Positions 9,761 through 19,747 of a DNA stretch of 64,000 nt are shown here, one piece after another. The notes beneath the pieces are model-generated. The model saw only the letters and a program-made list of their open reading frames with translations, did not search any database and was not told the origin of the DNA. Within the stretch, counting starts at the first letter, position 1; each line of letters begins with the position of its first letter. The DNA is from an uncultured Lentisphaerales bacterium. Its GTDB lineage: Bacteria > Verrucomicrobiota > Kiritimatiellia > RFP12 > JAAYLN01. The position numbers and the translations under genes were made by a program. Where the stretch lies: NCBI GenBank assembly GCA_964592855.1, contig CAZQKI010000002.1, forward strand, positions 4,356 to 68,355, given 5' to 3'.

Positions 9761-9885
9761 CTACTCTGCGCGTCAACTATTTTTACGCGCACCCTGAACG
9801 CGGGCCGGCATTTTCCTCCGCTTGACTTTCGCGCAGATTCTGCGTACAACGGGGACGTTTGCACATTTTATTCGGAGGTTCCATC

Positions 9886-10713
9886 ATGGCTGAATACAAG
9901 ATTTCGCTGGCGTCGTACTCCTTCCACGGCATGCTGGGAGAAGGGGTCCGCGACGTTTTCGGCTATCTCGACGCGTTGAAGTACCGTCACCAGCTCGACT
10001 GGGCGGACATCTGGACGGGGTTCATTCCCACGCTCGACGACGCCTTCATCCGCAAGGTGCGGCAGGCCATGGATGCCCGCGGGATCCAGTTGGCCAACCT
10101 CTGTGTCGACGGTCCCTGCGTCTGGGTCGACACGCCGGAGAAGCGCCAGGCGAACAAGGCGCAGATGCTGCTGACGATCCAGGCCGCGCATCTGCTGGGC
10201 GCGAAGACGATCCGCATCGACTTCGGCGGCAAGGATGGCCACACCATGACCGAAGAGGCGTTCGACTGGATTGTCGCCACCTACCGCGAGTACTGCGCCA
10301 TCTGCGGCAATCTCGGCATGCGCATCGGCCCGGAGAACCACTGGGGCTGGGACCGGGTGCCGGCGTACCTCGAGCGTGTCCGCGCGGCGGTGGACTCGCC
10401 CGCCTACGGCCACCTGTATCACTTCACCAACTTTTTCGACGAGCCGGAGAAGGGGCAGGCGGTCGCGATATCCTATGCGATGCATACGCACATTCCGGCG
10501 AACAGTCTGCCGGTGGCGAAGGAGACGATCCGGAAACTCGCGGCCTCGGGCTACGCGGGCACCTATTCGGTCGAGCACCACTCCGGGGCGCATGAGGCGG
10601 AACGGGTGGAGTGGCAACTGGGTGCGGTGCGCAACTGCATCGTGGAACTGAAGGCGGAGGGCATTGGCGAGCCGGCGAAGACCGACTATGTCACCGCCCT
10701 CTACCAAAAATAA
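9886..10713 (+). CDS. Sugar phosphate isomerase/epimerase (xylose isomerase-like TIM barrel)
   Basis: MAEYKISLASYSF... AP-endonuclease-2 / xylose-isomerase-like TIM barrel pattern (IRIDFGG, GPENHWG, EHHSGAHE). Start at MAEYK, downstream of the spurious MHILFGGSI extension. Confidence 0.65.
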   Translation: MAEYKISLASYSFHGMLGEGVRDVFGYLDALKYRHQLDWADIWTGFIPTLDDAFIRKVRQAMDARGIQLANLCVDGPCVWVDTPEKRQANKAQMLLTIQAAHLLGAKTIRIDFGGKDGHTMTEEAFDWIVATYREYCAICGNLGMRIGPENHWGWDRVPAYLERVRAAVDSPAYGHLYHFTNFFDEPEKGQAVAISYAMHTHIPANSLPVAKETIRKLAASGYAGTYSVEHHSGAHEAERVEWQLGAVRNCIVELKAEGIGEPAKTDYVTALYQK

Positions 10714-10724
10714 GGAGCATGGAC

Positions 10725-11843
10725 ATGTCTGGCAAAATTCCCCTGGCCGTCATCGGCTGCGGCATCATTGGCGAGCAACACATCAGCACGTATGCGGACA
10801 ACCCGGATGCCGAGGTTGCGGCCATCTGCGACATCAACGAGGCGCGGCTCAACGCCATCGGCGACAAGTACCACATTGCCCGCCGGTTCACCCACATCGG
10901 GAAGCTGCTTCAGGAGAAGGATCTGGTCGCTGTGGACGTCTGCCTCCACAACAACCTGCACGCGCCGGTGTCGATCGCGGCCATGGAGGCGGGCAAGGAT
11001 GTCTACTGCGAGAAGCCCATGGCCGGCACCTATGCGGACGCACTGGCGATGCACGCGGCGATGAAACGGACGGGCCGGAGGCTGCACATTCAGCTGGCGC
11101 TGCTCTACACCGACGAATCCAAGGCGGCGAAGCGGATCATCGATGCCGGTCGCCTCGGAAATCTCTACCACATGCGCTCCTACGGCTTTCGCCGCCGGGG
11201 CCGGCCCTACGTGGACGGCTATGCCACGAAGGAGTTTGTGAACACCACGACCTCTGGCGGCGGTGCGCTGTTCGACATGGGCGTCTACCACATCTCGCAG
11301 CTGCTCTACCTCGCGGGGGTGCCCGTGCTGGAGCGTGTCACCGGTCAGACGTATGCCGAGATCGCGATGGACGAGAATCGCCGGGCGATCAGCGGTTTCA
11401 ACGTGGAGGAACTGGGGTGCGGATTCGCCACGTACGCCGGCGGACTGACGATGGACATCCTCGAAAGCTGGGCGATTCATGCGCGTCCTTTTCCCTCCTC
11501 GATCCTCTGCGGTTCGCAAGGCGGCCTCTCGCTTTCGCCCCTGGCGTTCCACTTCCGCGAGCAGGACATGGAAGCCGACCTGACGGTCGACCTCAAGGGG
11601 ATGAAAGGCTTGGACCACTCGGTCTATGCGGAATCGGCCTTTTACGACAGTTCCCAGTCGCACTGGACCCATGTGCTGGCGGGGCACTGCCCGCAGATCG
11701 ACACGCCGAGTATCGCTTTGGAGACGCAGAAGGTCCAGGAGGGCATCTACATCGCCACCCGGCTCGGACGTGAAGTCAGCGCGGAGGAGATCGAACGGCT
11801 ATCCGTCAGCCGCGCACTGGAGATTCCCAACCTGGCGCTCTAG
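10725..11843 (+). CDS. Gfo/Idh/MocA family NAD(P)-dependent oxidoreductase
   Basis: IPLAVIGCGIIGEQHISTY Rossmann N-terminus, EKPMA motif. AAGGAG RBS 6 nt upstream of ATG at 10725, immediately after the upstream stop. Confidence 0.8.
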   Translation: MSGKIPLAVIGCGIIGEQHISTYADNPDAEVAAICDINEARLNAIGDKYHIARRFTHIGKLLQEKDLVAVDVCLHNNLHAPVSIAAMEAGKDVYCEKPMAGTYADALAMHAAMKRTGRRLHIQLALLYTDESKAAKRIIDAGRLGNLYHMRSYGFRRRGRPYVDGYATKEFVNTTTSGGGALFDMGVYHISQLLYLAGVPVLERVTGQTYAEIAMDENRRAISGFNVEELGCGFATYAGGLTMDILESWAIHARPFPSSILCGSQGGLSLSPLAFHFREQDMEADLTVDLKGMKGLDHSVYAESAFYDSSQSHWTHVLAGHCPQIDTPSIALETQKVQEGIYIATRLGREVSAEEIERLSVSRALEIPNLAL

Positions 11844-11844
11844 C

Positions 11845-14094
11845 CTATCGGCCGCCGGCGAGCGTGCGGGCGAGGGTTTCGGCGGCCAGGCGGCGTCCGG
11901 CGTTGGTGAGCGTGCCGTCGACGACCGCGGGCGTCGCCTCGCGGGTGTGGCACATCGTGTAGAAATCGGCGACGGTGATGCCCAGGGCGTCGGCCACGCG
12001 GAGAACGGCTTCGGCGTAGGGGCGCATGGGGTCTTCGCCGGGATGTGTCGGGACCCGCATGTCGGCGGGCAGGAGGCCCGGCGGCGGCGTCATGAGAACC
12101 ACCTGGGCGGGCAGGGCGTCGCGGAGGAGGCCGGCGAGGGCGGCGAGTCGGCGCTCGAAGTCCTCCAGCGTTTCGCCTGCGGCGAGGCCGGGCATGTCGG
12201 GCGCGACCACGACGATGTCGGCGGGGTTCAGCCGGGCCAGCTGCGTCAGGGGCGCAAGACGGTCGAAGGTTCGCGTGGGAATGAATGCCTTGAGGGATTC
12301 AACGCTCTGCCTCCGGTAACGGATGGAATTGGCCGCGAGGCCGGGAATCTGCGCGCCGAATACCTGGATGTCGGAGAGGAACTGACGGTCAAACGCCAGA
12401 CCATTGTCCTCGCCGCCCAGTCCGGGCGGCGCCAGAAAGCCGTCGAGCAGGGTGATTTGCTGTCCGGGGCGAAGTCCGGTGAAGGGGGCCGGATGACCGC
12501 TGGAGGCGCGCCGCGGCATCAGCACGCAGGACGCCTCGCCCATGACCATGAAGCTGCCGTCGAGATCGTCGGGGAGGGCTTCGAAGGGTTGGCGGAGAAA
12601 GCGGATCGCCCCGTTGTTGACCGTGACGCCGGCATGGCTCACCGTCCAGCGGATGGAGGTGAAATCGTGGGCGGTGCCGACGGGGAGCACGAGGCGTGTC
12701 CATCCCTGCTGGAGGGTGACGACCTCGCGGTACATCTTCTCCACTCCCTCCGGCGTTGTCGTCCAGGCGGTCAGCGTCAAGGGCAGGGAATCGGGTGCCG
12801 TGCCGCGAAGGTGGATTTCGGGTTGGACGGGGTCGTCGTCGTAGCAGATGGCGGGGACGCCCTGCAGGCGCGTGGCCAGGCGGTATTCGTTGCCGATGGT
12901 GTCGGGAATCACAACCGTCAGGCGCGCGGTTTCGCAGGCCCCCGGCTTGTTCCGGACTTCCAGGTCAACGGGCAGGGCGCCGGTGTTGGTTGCGATGATG
13001 CGGCACCGGGGGGTTTCGCCCAGCGTGGCGCCCGCCTGTTTCCAAAGGCAGCTGACATCCTGCGCACCCTCCCAGGCGGCATGGATGCTGCGCAGCGAGA
13101 CGGGGGTGAAACGGGTCTCGTGGCCATAAAAGACGTAGCTGGGCTCCAAGGCGTAGTCGGCGCCCGCGTGCAGGGTGGCGCCGATGCGTTCGACGCGGGC
13201 GGCGACGGGATCGGCTCCGGTGAGCAGGGCCGCTTGCGGCAGCTCGACGATGGCGTCGGTTCCCGGCGGGATCCATCCCAGGTTAAGATTGATTTCGCGG
13301 TCGCAGAGCGTCAGCACGGTGTAGTCGAGGATGCCGGCGCGGAGTGGAATCGGATCGCTCGGCATCCAATCGTCGTCCTTGCGCGAACGCGAGCCGACCT
13401 GGAAGACCAGCTTGTCCTGAAGCAGGAGATAGACGGGTTTGCGGCTTTTGACGGCGAATCGGAATTCGCCGGACGCGGGGATCAGCATCTTGCCCGAGAG
13501 TTTGGCCACGTAGACGGGACGCCGCCAGCCGCCCTGGTACCAATTGCGCGGGCCCTGCTCGTTGCTGACGACGGGGATGAAGCCCTCCAGCGGAAACTGC
13601 ACCGGCTGCCGCCCCGGGCGCGTGGACATAAAGCGCATCTCCTCCCAAGTGGGGGGAGCTTCGTTGGCACCCGCCCGCTGGATTGAGACGGAGACCGGCT
13701 GCGGATCGACGAAGGGGCAATCGGGTGCAAGGGGCGTCGTGTTGGTGATGGCATAGAGCGCGACGACCGCCTGCGGCGCCAGACCCTCGCAATTGACCAG
13801 CACGCTCACGGCACCGGCATTGGTCGCGGCCACGCGCAGACTGCGGGGCGATGCCCCATGATAGGCGGCGACGCGGGAGATCTGGCCATCGACGACGGAT
13901 CCCGCGGGAATTTCGACCAGGGCAAGACGCTGATTCGCGGGAGCCTGGAAGACCACCCGCACGGGTGCATCGGCATGCTGCCACGGCGGATCCGGGGCTT
14001 GCGCCTGAACCGTCCCGGCGAAGGCCAGCGACACCGCCAGGAGCAGGTGCTGCCGGCCGTTTACTGATAAAAGATGGCGGATTCCGTGTTCCAT
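11845..14094 (-). CDS. Secreted multidomain protein with C-terminal SGNH/GDSL-like hydrolase domain
   Basis: Signal-peptide-like N-terminus (MEHGIRHLLSVNGRQHLLLAVSLAFAGTVQAQA). The C-terminal ~200 aa (DIVVVAPDMPGLAAGETLEDFERRLAALAGLL...ADFYT) resemble SGNH esterases. The N-terminal 39 codons of the listed ORF were excluded. Confidence 0.55.
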   Translation of the reverse strand: MEHGIRHLLSVNGRQHLLLAVSLAFAGTVQAQAPDPPWQHADAPVRVVFQAPANQRLALVEIPAGSVVDGQISRVAAYHGASPRSLRVAATNAGAVSVLVNCEGLAPQAVVALYAITNTTPLAPDCPFVDPQPVSVSIQRAGANEAPPTWEEMRFMSTRPGRQPVQFPLEGFIPVVSNEQGPRNWYQGGWRRPVYVAKLSGKMLIPASGEFRFAVKSRKPVYLLLQDKLVFQVGSRSRKDDDWMPSDPIPLRAGILDYTVLTLCDREINLNLGWIPPGTDAIVELPQAALLTGADPVAARVERIGATLHAGADYALEPSYVFYGHETRFTPVSLRSIHAAWEGAQDVSCLWKQAGATLGETPRCRIIATNTGALPVDLEVRNKPGACETARLTVVIPDTIGNEYRLATRLQGVPAICYDDDPVQPEIHLRGTAPDSLPLTLTAWTTTPEGVEKMYREVVTLQQGWTRLVLPVGTAHDFTSIRWTVSHAGVTVNNGAIRFLRQPFEALPDDLDGSFMVMGEASCVLMPRRASSGHPAPFTGLRPGQQITLLDGFLAPPGLGGEDNGLAFDRQFLSDIQVFGAQIPGLAANSIRYRRQSVESLKAFIPTRTFDRLAPLTQLARLNPADIVVVAPDMPGLAAGETLEDFERRLAALAGLLRDALPAQVVLMTPPPGLLPADMRVPTHPGEDPMRPYAEAVLRVADALGITVADFYTMCHTREATPAVVDGTLTNAGRRLAAETLARTLAGGR

Positions 14095-14291
14095 TACCTG
14101 TCTACTCGAGAATGCGGTCTTGTGAACAGAGCTTCTTGCGTTTCGACCATTTCCATGCTCAAACTCAGTCTGATGCCCGGTGAGCCGCATTATTTGCGGC
14201 GCGGGCGGCACCGTGCCGGACGGTGCTCCAATTCAACTGCCGTCGCATTTGCTCCCGCGTTCTGGCACGCTTTGTGCGTTTATTATCCCGC

Positions 14292-15098
14292 ATGTCAGCT
14301 CAGCCTCAACCTGCCGCGCGGCAACCCAACAGAGCCCAATCGGACTCTGCAGGGCATCCGTTGCAATTTGCGTGCCAGACGCGCGGCGGATTCACCCTTT
14401 TTGAGATGATGGTGGTGGTCTTGATCATCTCGATTCTGGCGGCCATGACGGCGGTGGCGGTCAACAGCGCCAAGGAGAAGGCGCGCCAGACCGACTGCAT
14501 GTCCAACCTTCGGCAACTGGGGACGGCGATCGTGACCTATCGCGCCGACAATCGCGGGCGCAACCCCGGCTGGCTTTCAAACCTCTATCCGACGTATATC
14601 GACGACAAACGGGTCTATATCTGCCGGAGTGACAAGGCGAGAGGCCTTGGCGATTGTCGTCCCGGTGTTTCCGAAATCAATGGCCAGGATAACGTCTTTG
14701 ACAATAGGGACAACGCTTTGAGGCGAAACCCCGCGCAGGTTCCACAGATGGCCAATGATGCCATAGAAGCATGCAGCTACTTCTATGAGTTTTCGGCGGC
14801 GCCAAGCCCCTGGTCTACGGAAGATCTTGATGGCGACGGATTCACGACCTGGTGCGATTTCAAGGAAAACCAGTTGGCGAAGGGCGATCAGAATAATGAG
14901 AACATGCCGTACAGCTCGTCACGGATGCCGATTGTGCGTTGCTATCACCACACAAATTCTGGCAAAATCAGGGGCTATGCCAATGAGAACGCGACCACGC
15001 CCTCGCTTGAGCCAATTACCCTCAACGTAGCGTATGCGGGCAATGTCATCATCTCACCGCTTTGGTGGGAGGGTGCGCTGGAACCCGGTGAACAGTAA
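14292..15098 (+). CDS. Prepilin-type N-terminal cleavage/methylation domain protein (pseudopilin-like, DUF1559-type)
   Basis: GFTLFEMMVVVLIISILAAM class III signal preceded by a long 32-aa leader. Start set at MSAQPQP; the earlier listed start gives an implausible Cys/Arg-rich extension. Confidence 0.7.
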   Translation: MSAQPQPAARQPNRAQSDSAGHPLQFACQTRGGFTLFEMMVVVLIISILAAMTAVAVNSAKEKARQTDCMSNLRQLGTAIVTYRADNRGRNPGWLSNLYPTYIDDKRVYICRSDKARGLGDCRPGVSEINGQDNVFDNRDNALRRNPAQVPQMANDAIEACSYFYEFSAAPSPWSTEDLDGDGFTTWCDFKENQLAKGDQNNENMPYSSSRMPIVRCYHHTNSGKIRGYANENATTPSLEPITLNVAYAGNVIISPLWWEGALEPGEQ

Positions 15099-15181
15099 CC
15101 CGACGGCATGCAGTCGGAAACCCTGAACCCTGCTTTGTTGCAAGATCCCCGGAAGCGAAGTTTCAAACACAGGAAAGCAAT

Positions 15182-17164
15182 ATGACTGGCATCATCTTCC
15201 AAATGAACGGTCCGGCGCGCCGTCTGCTGGCCGCCGTGGTCGGCGTGGCCCTTCTGGCCGGATGCGTGGCGACTCCGCCGGAGGAATTTTTCGTGCATCC
15301 GGATGTGGATCGTGCGACGGCGCTTTTCGATCAGGCCCGCTATGCGGACGCGATCATCGCCTGCACGGACATCAACCGGCGCGATCCGCTGACGCCCGGA
15401 CTGGTCGAACTGCAAAGCCGGATCATGCAGCGGCTGGCGGCACTGCGCCAGCGCGGGGTGGACATCCGGCAGGAGCCTTCGGATGCCTTGGCGATGGCGG
15501 ACTTGGACCGTCAGGGAATCCTGCCCGACACCTATCGCCAGCGCCGGCATGTCGTTGGCGAGACGAAGCCCATCAACAGCCTGCCGACCGCGATGCAGCA
15601 GATTCTGGATCGCCCCGTCAGCATCCATCTCGAGAATGTGATGCTCAGCGAGATCGTCGCGCAGATCGGCGCGTCCGAGAACGTCAACATGGTGGCGGAC
15701 GGTGCGCTGGACGACAAGACACTGACCATTCATGTCGAGAACACGCCGCTGGGCGAAGTGCTGGAGTATGTCGGCCGCAACCTGGGCGTGACCTTCGCCG
15801 TGGGGCAGAACATCATCTGGGTGACGCCGGGGAACAGCTCGGCGGGAACGGTGCCGCTGGTGACCCGCATCTACCGCCTGCGCAAGGGCCTTTCGAAAGA
15901 GGAGGTCGAGGGGGGGCCGGATTCGCTGGGTATCATCGAGGCGGTCACCCGCTTCGTTCCAACAGTCGAGGGTGCCGACATCCTCTTCAACATCAAGGCG
16001 CATGCGGTGATGGCGAAGAACTCGCGCGAGAACATGAAGTTGATCGAGGACATCATCGAGGTGCTGGACGTCCGCCCGCCGCAGGTGCTGATCGAAGCGC
16101 GCTTCATGAGCACCGGCGTGACGGACCTGCGGGAACTCGGCGTGGACTGGCTGTTGAATTCGTCGTATAAGGTGAGTGGCAAGGAAGGCGCTACGCGTTC
16201 CGCCGTGAATTCCGGGGCCACGATGGGCTTCACGGATTTCGCGAACCAGAAGTCGGGCTTGAACTTTACCTTCGAAGGCATTCTCACCGATCCGGCCTTC
16301 GAGGCCGTCATCCACGCGCTGGAAACGACGGGCAAGTCCCGCACGCTCTCCGTGCCGCGCGTCACGACGGTCAACAACCGCGAAGCTTCGCTGCGTGTCG
16401 GCGAAGACTTCCGCTATTTCGAAGAGTATGAAACCGAAGAGGTCCGGACCGGCACGACGCCGGAGGGACGCGACATCTACCAGTCGCGGCTCGTGCCGAC
16501 CGGCACCCCCACGCTGGAAGAGCTGGGCATCGAATTGGTCGTGACACCCAGCGTCGGCGCCGATCTGGCCACGATCTCGCTCAGCCTGGCGCCCGAGATC
16601 AGCGAGTTCGTCCGCTGGGAGTACTACGAGACCTCCTCGGGAGACAACAACAATAGCAGCAACAATGACAATAACAACACCACGACGAACGCCGGCTTGA
16701 GCATGATCAAGCTGCCGGTGTTCCGGCGGAGCCTGGTCGAGACCGAGGTGCTGGTGCGGAGCGGCGAAACGGTCGTCATGGGCGGCCTGGTCACCTCTTC
16801 GCGCGTCAAGGGCCGCGAGGGCATTCCCATCCTGTCGCGCCTGCCGCTCATCGGCCAGCTGTTCCGTCACGACACGTATGACGACATCAGCCAGAATCTG
16901 TTGATATTCGTCACCGCGACGCTGATCTCGGATGCGGGTGAAGAACTGATACCGCTGACGCCGAGCGAACCGGTCACGTCGGGCGGCAAGGTCGTCCTCG
17001 GCGAGAACGACGTCGTGGAGCCGGCGACGCCGTCCGATTCCGATGCGACGCCCGCGCCCGCCGATGCGACGCCCGCGCCCACCGCCACGCGCCCGCAGAC
17101 GACCCTCCCGGATGGCAAGCAGAATGGACCGACGGCTTTTCGCCGGGCGCCCGTCGATAATTGA
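15182..17164 (+). CDS. Secretin (PilQ/GspD family) lipoprotein
   Basis: Lipobox LLAGC, secretin_N-like repeats, C-terminal secretin domain (VLVRSGETVVMGGL...IPILSRLPLIGQLF). Contains an Asn-rich insert (SSGDNNNSSNNDNNNTTTNAG). Confidence 0.85.
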   Translation: MTGIIFQMNGPARRLLAAVVGVALLAGCVATPPEEFFVHPDVDRATALFDQARYADAIIACTDINRRDPLTPGLVELQSRIMQRLAALRQRGVDIRQEPSDALAMADLDRQGILPDTYRQRRHVVGETKPINSLPTAMQQILDRPVSIHLENVMLSEIVAQIGASENVNMVADGALDDKTLTIHVENTPLGEVLEYVGRNLGVTFAVGQNIIWVTPGNSSAGTVPLVTRIYRLRKGLSKEEVEGGPDSLGIIEAVTRFVPTVEGADILFNIKAHAVMAKNSRENMKLIEDIIEVLDVRPPQVLIEARFMSTGVTDLRELGVDWLLNSSYKVSGKEGATRSAVNSGATMGFTDFANQKSGLNFTFEGILTDPAFEAVIHALETTGKSRTLSVPRVTTVNNREASLRVGEDFRYFEEYETEEVRTGTTPEGRDIYQSRLVPTGTPTLEELGIELVVTPSVGADLATISLSLAPEISEFVRWEYYETSSGDNNNSSNNDNNNTTTNAGLSMIKLPVFRRSLVETEVLVRSGETVVMGGLVTSSRVKGREGIPILSRLPLIGQLFRHDTYDDISQNLLIFVTATLISDAGEELIPLTPSEPVTSGGKVVLGENDVVEPATPSDSDATPAPADATPAPTATRPQTTLPDGKQNGPTAFRRAPVDN

Positions 17165-17182
17165 ATGAGTTGAATTAGCACC

Positions 17183-18988
17183 ATGTCGCGCCTCAAACAA
17201 ATCGTTGGACTTGATCTTGGCACCCGCAATGTGCGGGCGGTCTGGGTGCAGCTCCGTGGCGGCGCGCCGCGCGTGGTGCGCACCGAACAGATGGCCCTGC
17301 CCCTCGAGGGGGGCGACACCGACGCGTTGCTGCACTCCTGGCTCGGACAGCTGGGCCTGCTCAAGGGGTTTGCTGCGTTGCAGATTTCGGGGACGCAGCT
17401 GGTCTTCCAGCCCGGACGTCTCAATCCCGGCGATCCGCGCTCGCCGCGGCAGGCGGCCGACATGGAGTTGGCGACCTTCAACGACATGGCGGGCGACAGC
17501 ATGGTCTCGGCGGTGGCGGCGCACGAATGGAGCCCCGGGCTTCGGGTCTACCTGATGGGCATGGCGCGGCCTTCGGTGATTGCCGCGACGCTGGCCGGCT
17601 TCGAGCCGATCGGCATCCGTCCGGCCGACTTGATTCCCGCACCGGTCGCCCTCTTCAATGCGCTCGCGCCGCTGGCGCCGAGCCAGGGAGGCACCGGCCT
17701 CTACGTCAACATCGGCCACAACCAGACGGAGCTGGCGATCGGCACGGCCAAGGGCATCTTGTTTGCACGCGCCTTCGCGATCGGCGGCAAGCAGTTCACC
17801 GAGGCGGTGGCGAAGCTGGCGGGCGTGCCGTTGACGCAAGCCGAGACCCAGAAGCAGCGGGAAGGGACGATCGAGACCGGCGGCCCCTTCGCCGAGGTGT
17901 TGCGGCCGCTGGCGGAACGCTGGTACACCCAGCTGGCGGCCTGCCTGAGCGCCTACCGCGGAGCCTTCACGGGCGAGCAGTTCGGTGTTTCGCGGATCAT
18001 CCTGTCCGGTGGCGGCGCGCAATTGCGCGGACTGCCGGCCTATGTTCAGCAGCGACTGGGGATTCCCGTCTGCCTGGCGGACGACCTGCCCGGCCTGGCC
18101 GGATTCCTGGGTGGCGGCGCATCGCGCGCCGGCGCACCGGTGGCTGCCGCATCCCCTGCAAGCAAGGCCGACCGGCCGACGTGGGGACAGTTCGACATCG
18201 CAGCGGGGCTGGCCATCACGGCGCTTGAACTGGCCCTCGCGCATCTTTCGCTCCTGCCGGAGAGTCTCCGCGGCGAAGTGGTCTTCCGTGAAAAGAAGCC
18301 CTATTTGATTGCCGCTTCGATCATGGGCGCCTTGACGCTGGGCGTGGTGACGGCCAGCATGGTCATCTCCTTGAGTGCGGAGACGGGCGTCCTGGACGCC
18401 GAACGCCAGGAACTGCGCCTTCGCGAGCAGATGGACAAGTCAATCACGGCCATCCGCCAGCGCGGCGAGGTGTTGCGGCAGCGTGGCGACCCCCTGCGTC
18501 AGCTGATTCTCGGCGGACCGATGATGCGTGAAGTGATCTCGCTGGTCGCCAACGCCATCTCGAAGGACGACTGGATTTCGATGATCTGCGAGGAGACCTC
18601 CTACAAAACGGCCAAAAAGGCGGGCGAGAAGCCCGCGCCGCCGGCCCCGCCGCCGCGCTCGGGGTTTTTCGTTCCCGGGTTCCGCAGCGCGACCAAGCCC
18701 GCCGCCAAGCCGACGGAGGCCGAATCGCTGCTGTCCGGGCTGACGCCTGCGCCGACCCCGTCCGATTTCAATGTCTACATCATCGAAGGCTACACGCCGG
18801 ATATGGGGTTGACGACCGTGAAGGCGATGATCCAGAATCTGGAGACGGCCACCCGCGTGCGGAAGGTGGACCTCCTGAGCGATGACCGCGTGCTTCCGCC
18901 GTCCCTCCCTGCGGAACTGCAGGAGCAGGGCGTGCAGCTGCCCAACATGCGCCGGTTCGTGATTCGGCTGGAGGTGAGTCCGCCATGA
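17183..18988 (+). CDS. pilMN: Type IV pilus assembly PilM (actin-like ATPase fold) fused to a PilN-like membrane domain
   Basis: IVGLDLGTRNVRAV and LYVNIGHNQTELAIG actin-fold motifs, followed by a TM segment (LIAASIMGALTLGVVTASMVISL) and coiled-coil region. Confidence 0.7.
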   Translation: MSRLKQIVGLDLGTRNVRAVWVQLRGGAPRVVRTEQMALPLEGGDTDALLHSWLGQLGLLKGFAALQISGTQLVFQPGRLNPGDPRSPRQAADMELATFNDMAGDSMVSAVAAHEWSPGLRVYLMGMARPSVIAATLAGFEPIGIRPADLIPAPVALFNALAPLAPSQGGTGLYVNIGHNQTELAIGTAKGILFARAFAIGGKQFTEAVAKLAGVPLTQAETQKQREGTIETGGPFAEVLRPLAERWYTQLAACLSAYRGAFTGEQFGVSRIILSGGGAQLRGLPAYVQQRLGIPVCLADDLPGLAGFLGGGASRAGAPVAAASPASKADRPTWGQFDIAAGLAITALELALAHLSLLPESLRGEVVFREKKPYLIAASIMGALTLGVVTASMVISLSAETGVLDAERQELRLREQMDKSITAIRQRGEVLRQRGDPLRQLILGGPMMREVISLVANAISKDDWISMICEETSYKTAKKAGEKPAPPAPPPRSGFFVPGFRSATKPAAKPTEAESLLSGLTPAPTPSDFNVYIIEGYTPDMGLTTVKAMIQNLETATRVRKVDLLSDDRVLPPSLPAELQEQGVQLPNMRRFVIRLEVSPP

Positions 18989-19746
18989 AGATGAAGCCCG
19001 CGCGCATCCGCATCTCGGAACGACAGCAGGTGCTGCTCATCATTCCCGTCGCGATCTTCGTGATGATCACGATCTGGGTCTGGGTTCTGAGCCCGCAGTT
19101 CGAGCGCCGCAGCGAAATCGCAATTCTCCGCAATCAGCTCGAGCACAGCGCCTATGCCCATGTCAGCATGGAAAATCTCGAAAAAATCGAGGCGCACGAG
19201 AAGGCGCTTGGCGCCCGTTTGGACGACGAGTGGTCGCGAACCATCGGCCGGTTGGCGACTTTTGAAAACCAGCGCGACCTGCGCGAATCGGAGTTCGGGC
19301 GCATCGACTTCAAGATGGAGCTCTACAAGGCGCGCCTGCGCCTGTCGCGGCGCTCGGAGGAACTGGGCATTCCGCTGATTCCCCAGGATCTCGGCCTGCA
19401 GGACGCCCTGGGCGGCAAGGATGCGGAGATCCGCATCCGCATGCTGCAGCTGCGTGCTGTCGAACTGCTGGTTGATCTGACGTTGAACCGGCGGATTCAG
19501 AAGCTCCATTCGATTCTGCCGCTGGCGCCGGTCAAGCATGAAGGGCCGGACAAGAAGCTGGTGGTCAGCGAGTATCCCGTCAGCGTGCAATTTGATGTCG
19601 GCTTCGACGATCTCTACCTGTTCTTTCAGGCGATCTTCCAGCAAAACCAGGTCTTCGTGTTTCGCAACCTTCGCATTGAGGCAGGGCCGACGCAGCAGGC
19701 ACCCTTGCGGGTCTCCGGCGTGATGAGCGCCCTGTTGTTTGAATAA
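18985..19746 (+). CDS. PilO/GspM-like pilus assembly protein
   Basis: Single N-terminal TM (LLIIPVAIFVMITIWVWVL) then coiled-coil and a small C-terminal domain. ATGA overlap with the upstream gene. Confidence 0.5.
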   Translation: MKMKPARIRISERQQVLLIIPVAIFVMITIWVWVLSPQFERRSEIAILRNQLEHSAYAHVSMENLEKIEAHEKALGARLDDEWSRTIGRLATFENQRDLRESEFGRIDFKMELYKARLRLSRRSEELGIPLIPQDLGLQDALGGKDAEIRIRMLQLRAVELLVDLTLNRRIQKLHSILPLAPVKHEGPDKKLVVSEYPVSVQFDVGFDDLYLFFQAIFQQNQVFVFRNLRIEAGPTQQAPLRVSGVMSALLFE

Positions 19747-19747
19747 T

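Noticed and set aside
14975-18244. 1089-aa minus-strand ORF antisense to the secretin / pilMN genes
   Set aside because: Antisense artefact. The plus-strand genes have clear family signatures.
19739-19747. Listed start of the pilP-like ORF at 19739
   Set aside because: The codon at 19739 is TTG, inside the pilO stop context. The first ATG is at 19748.
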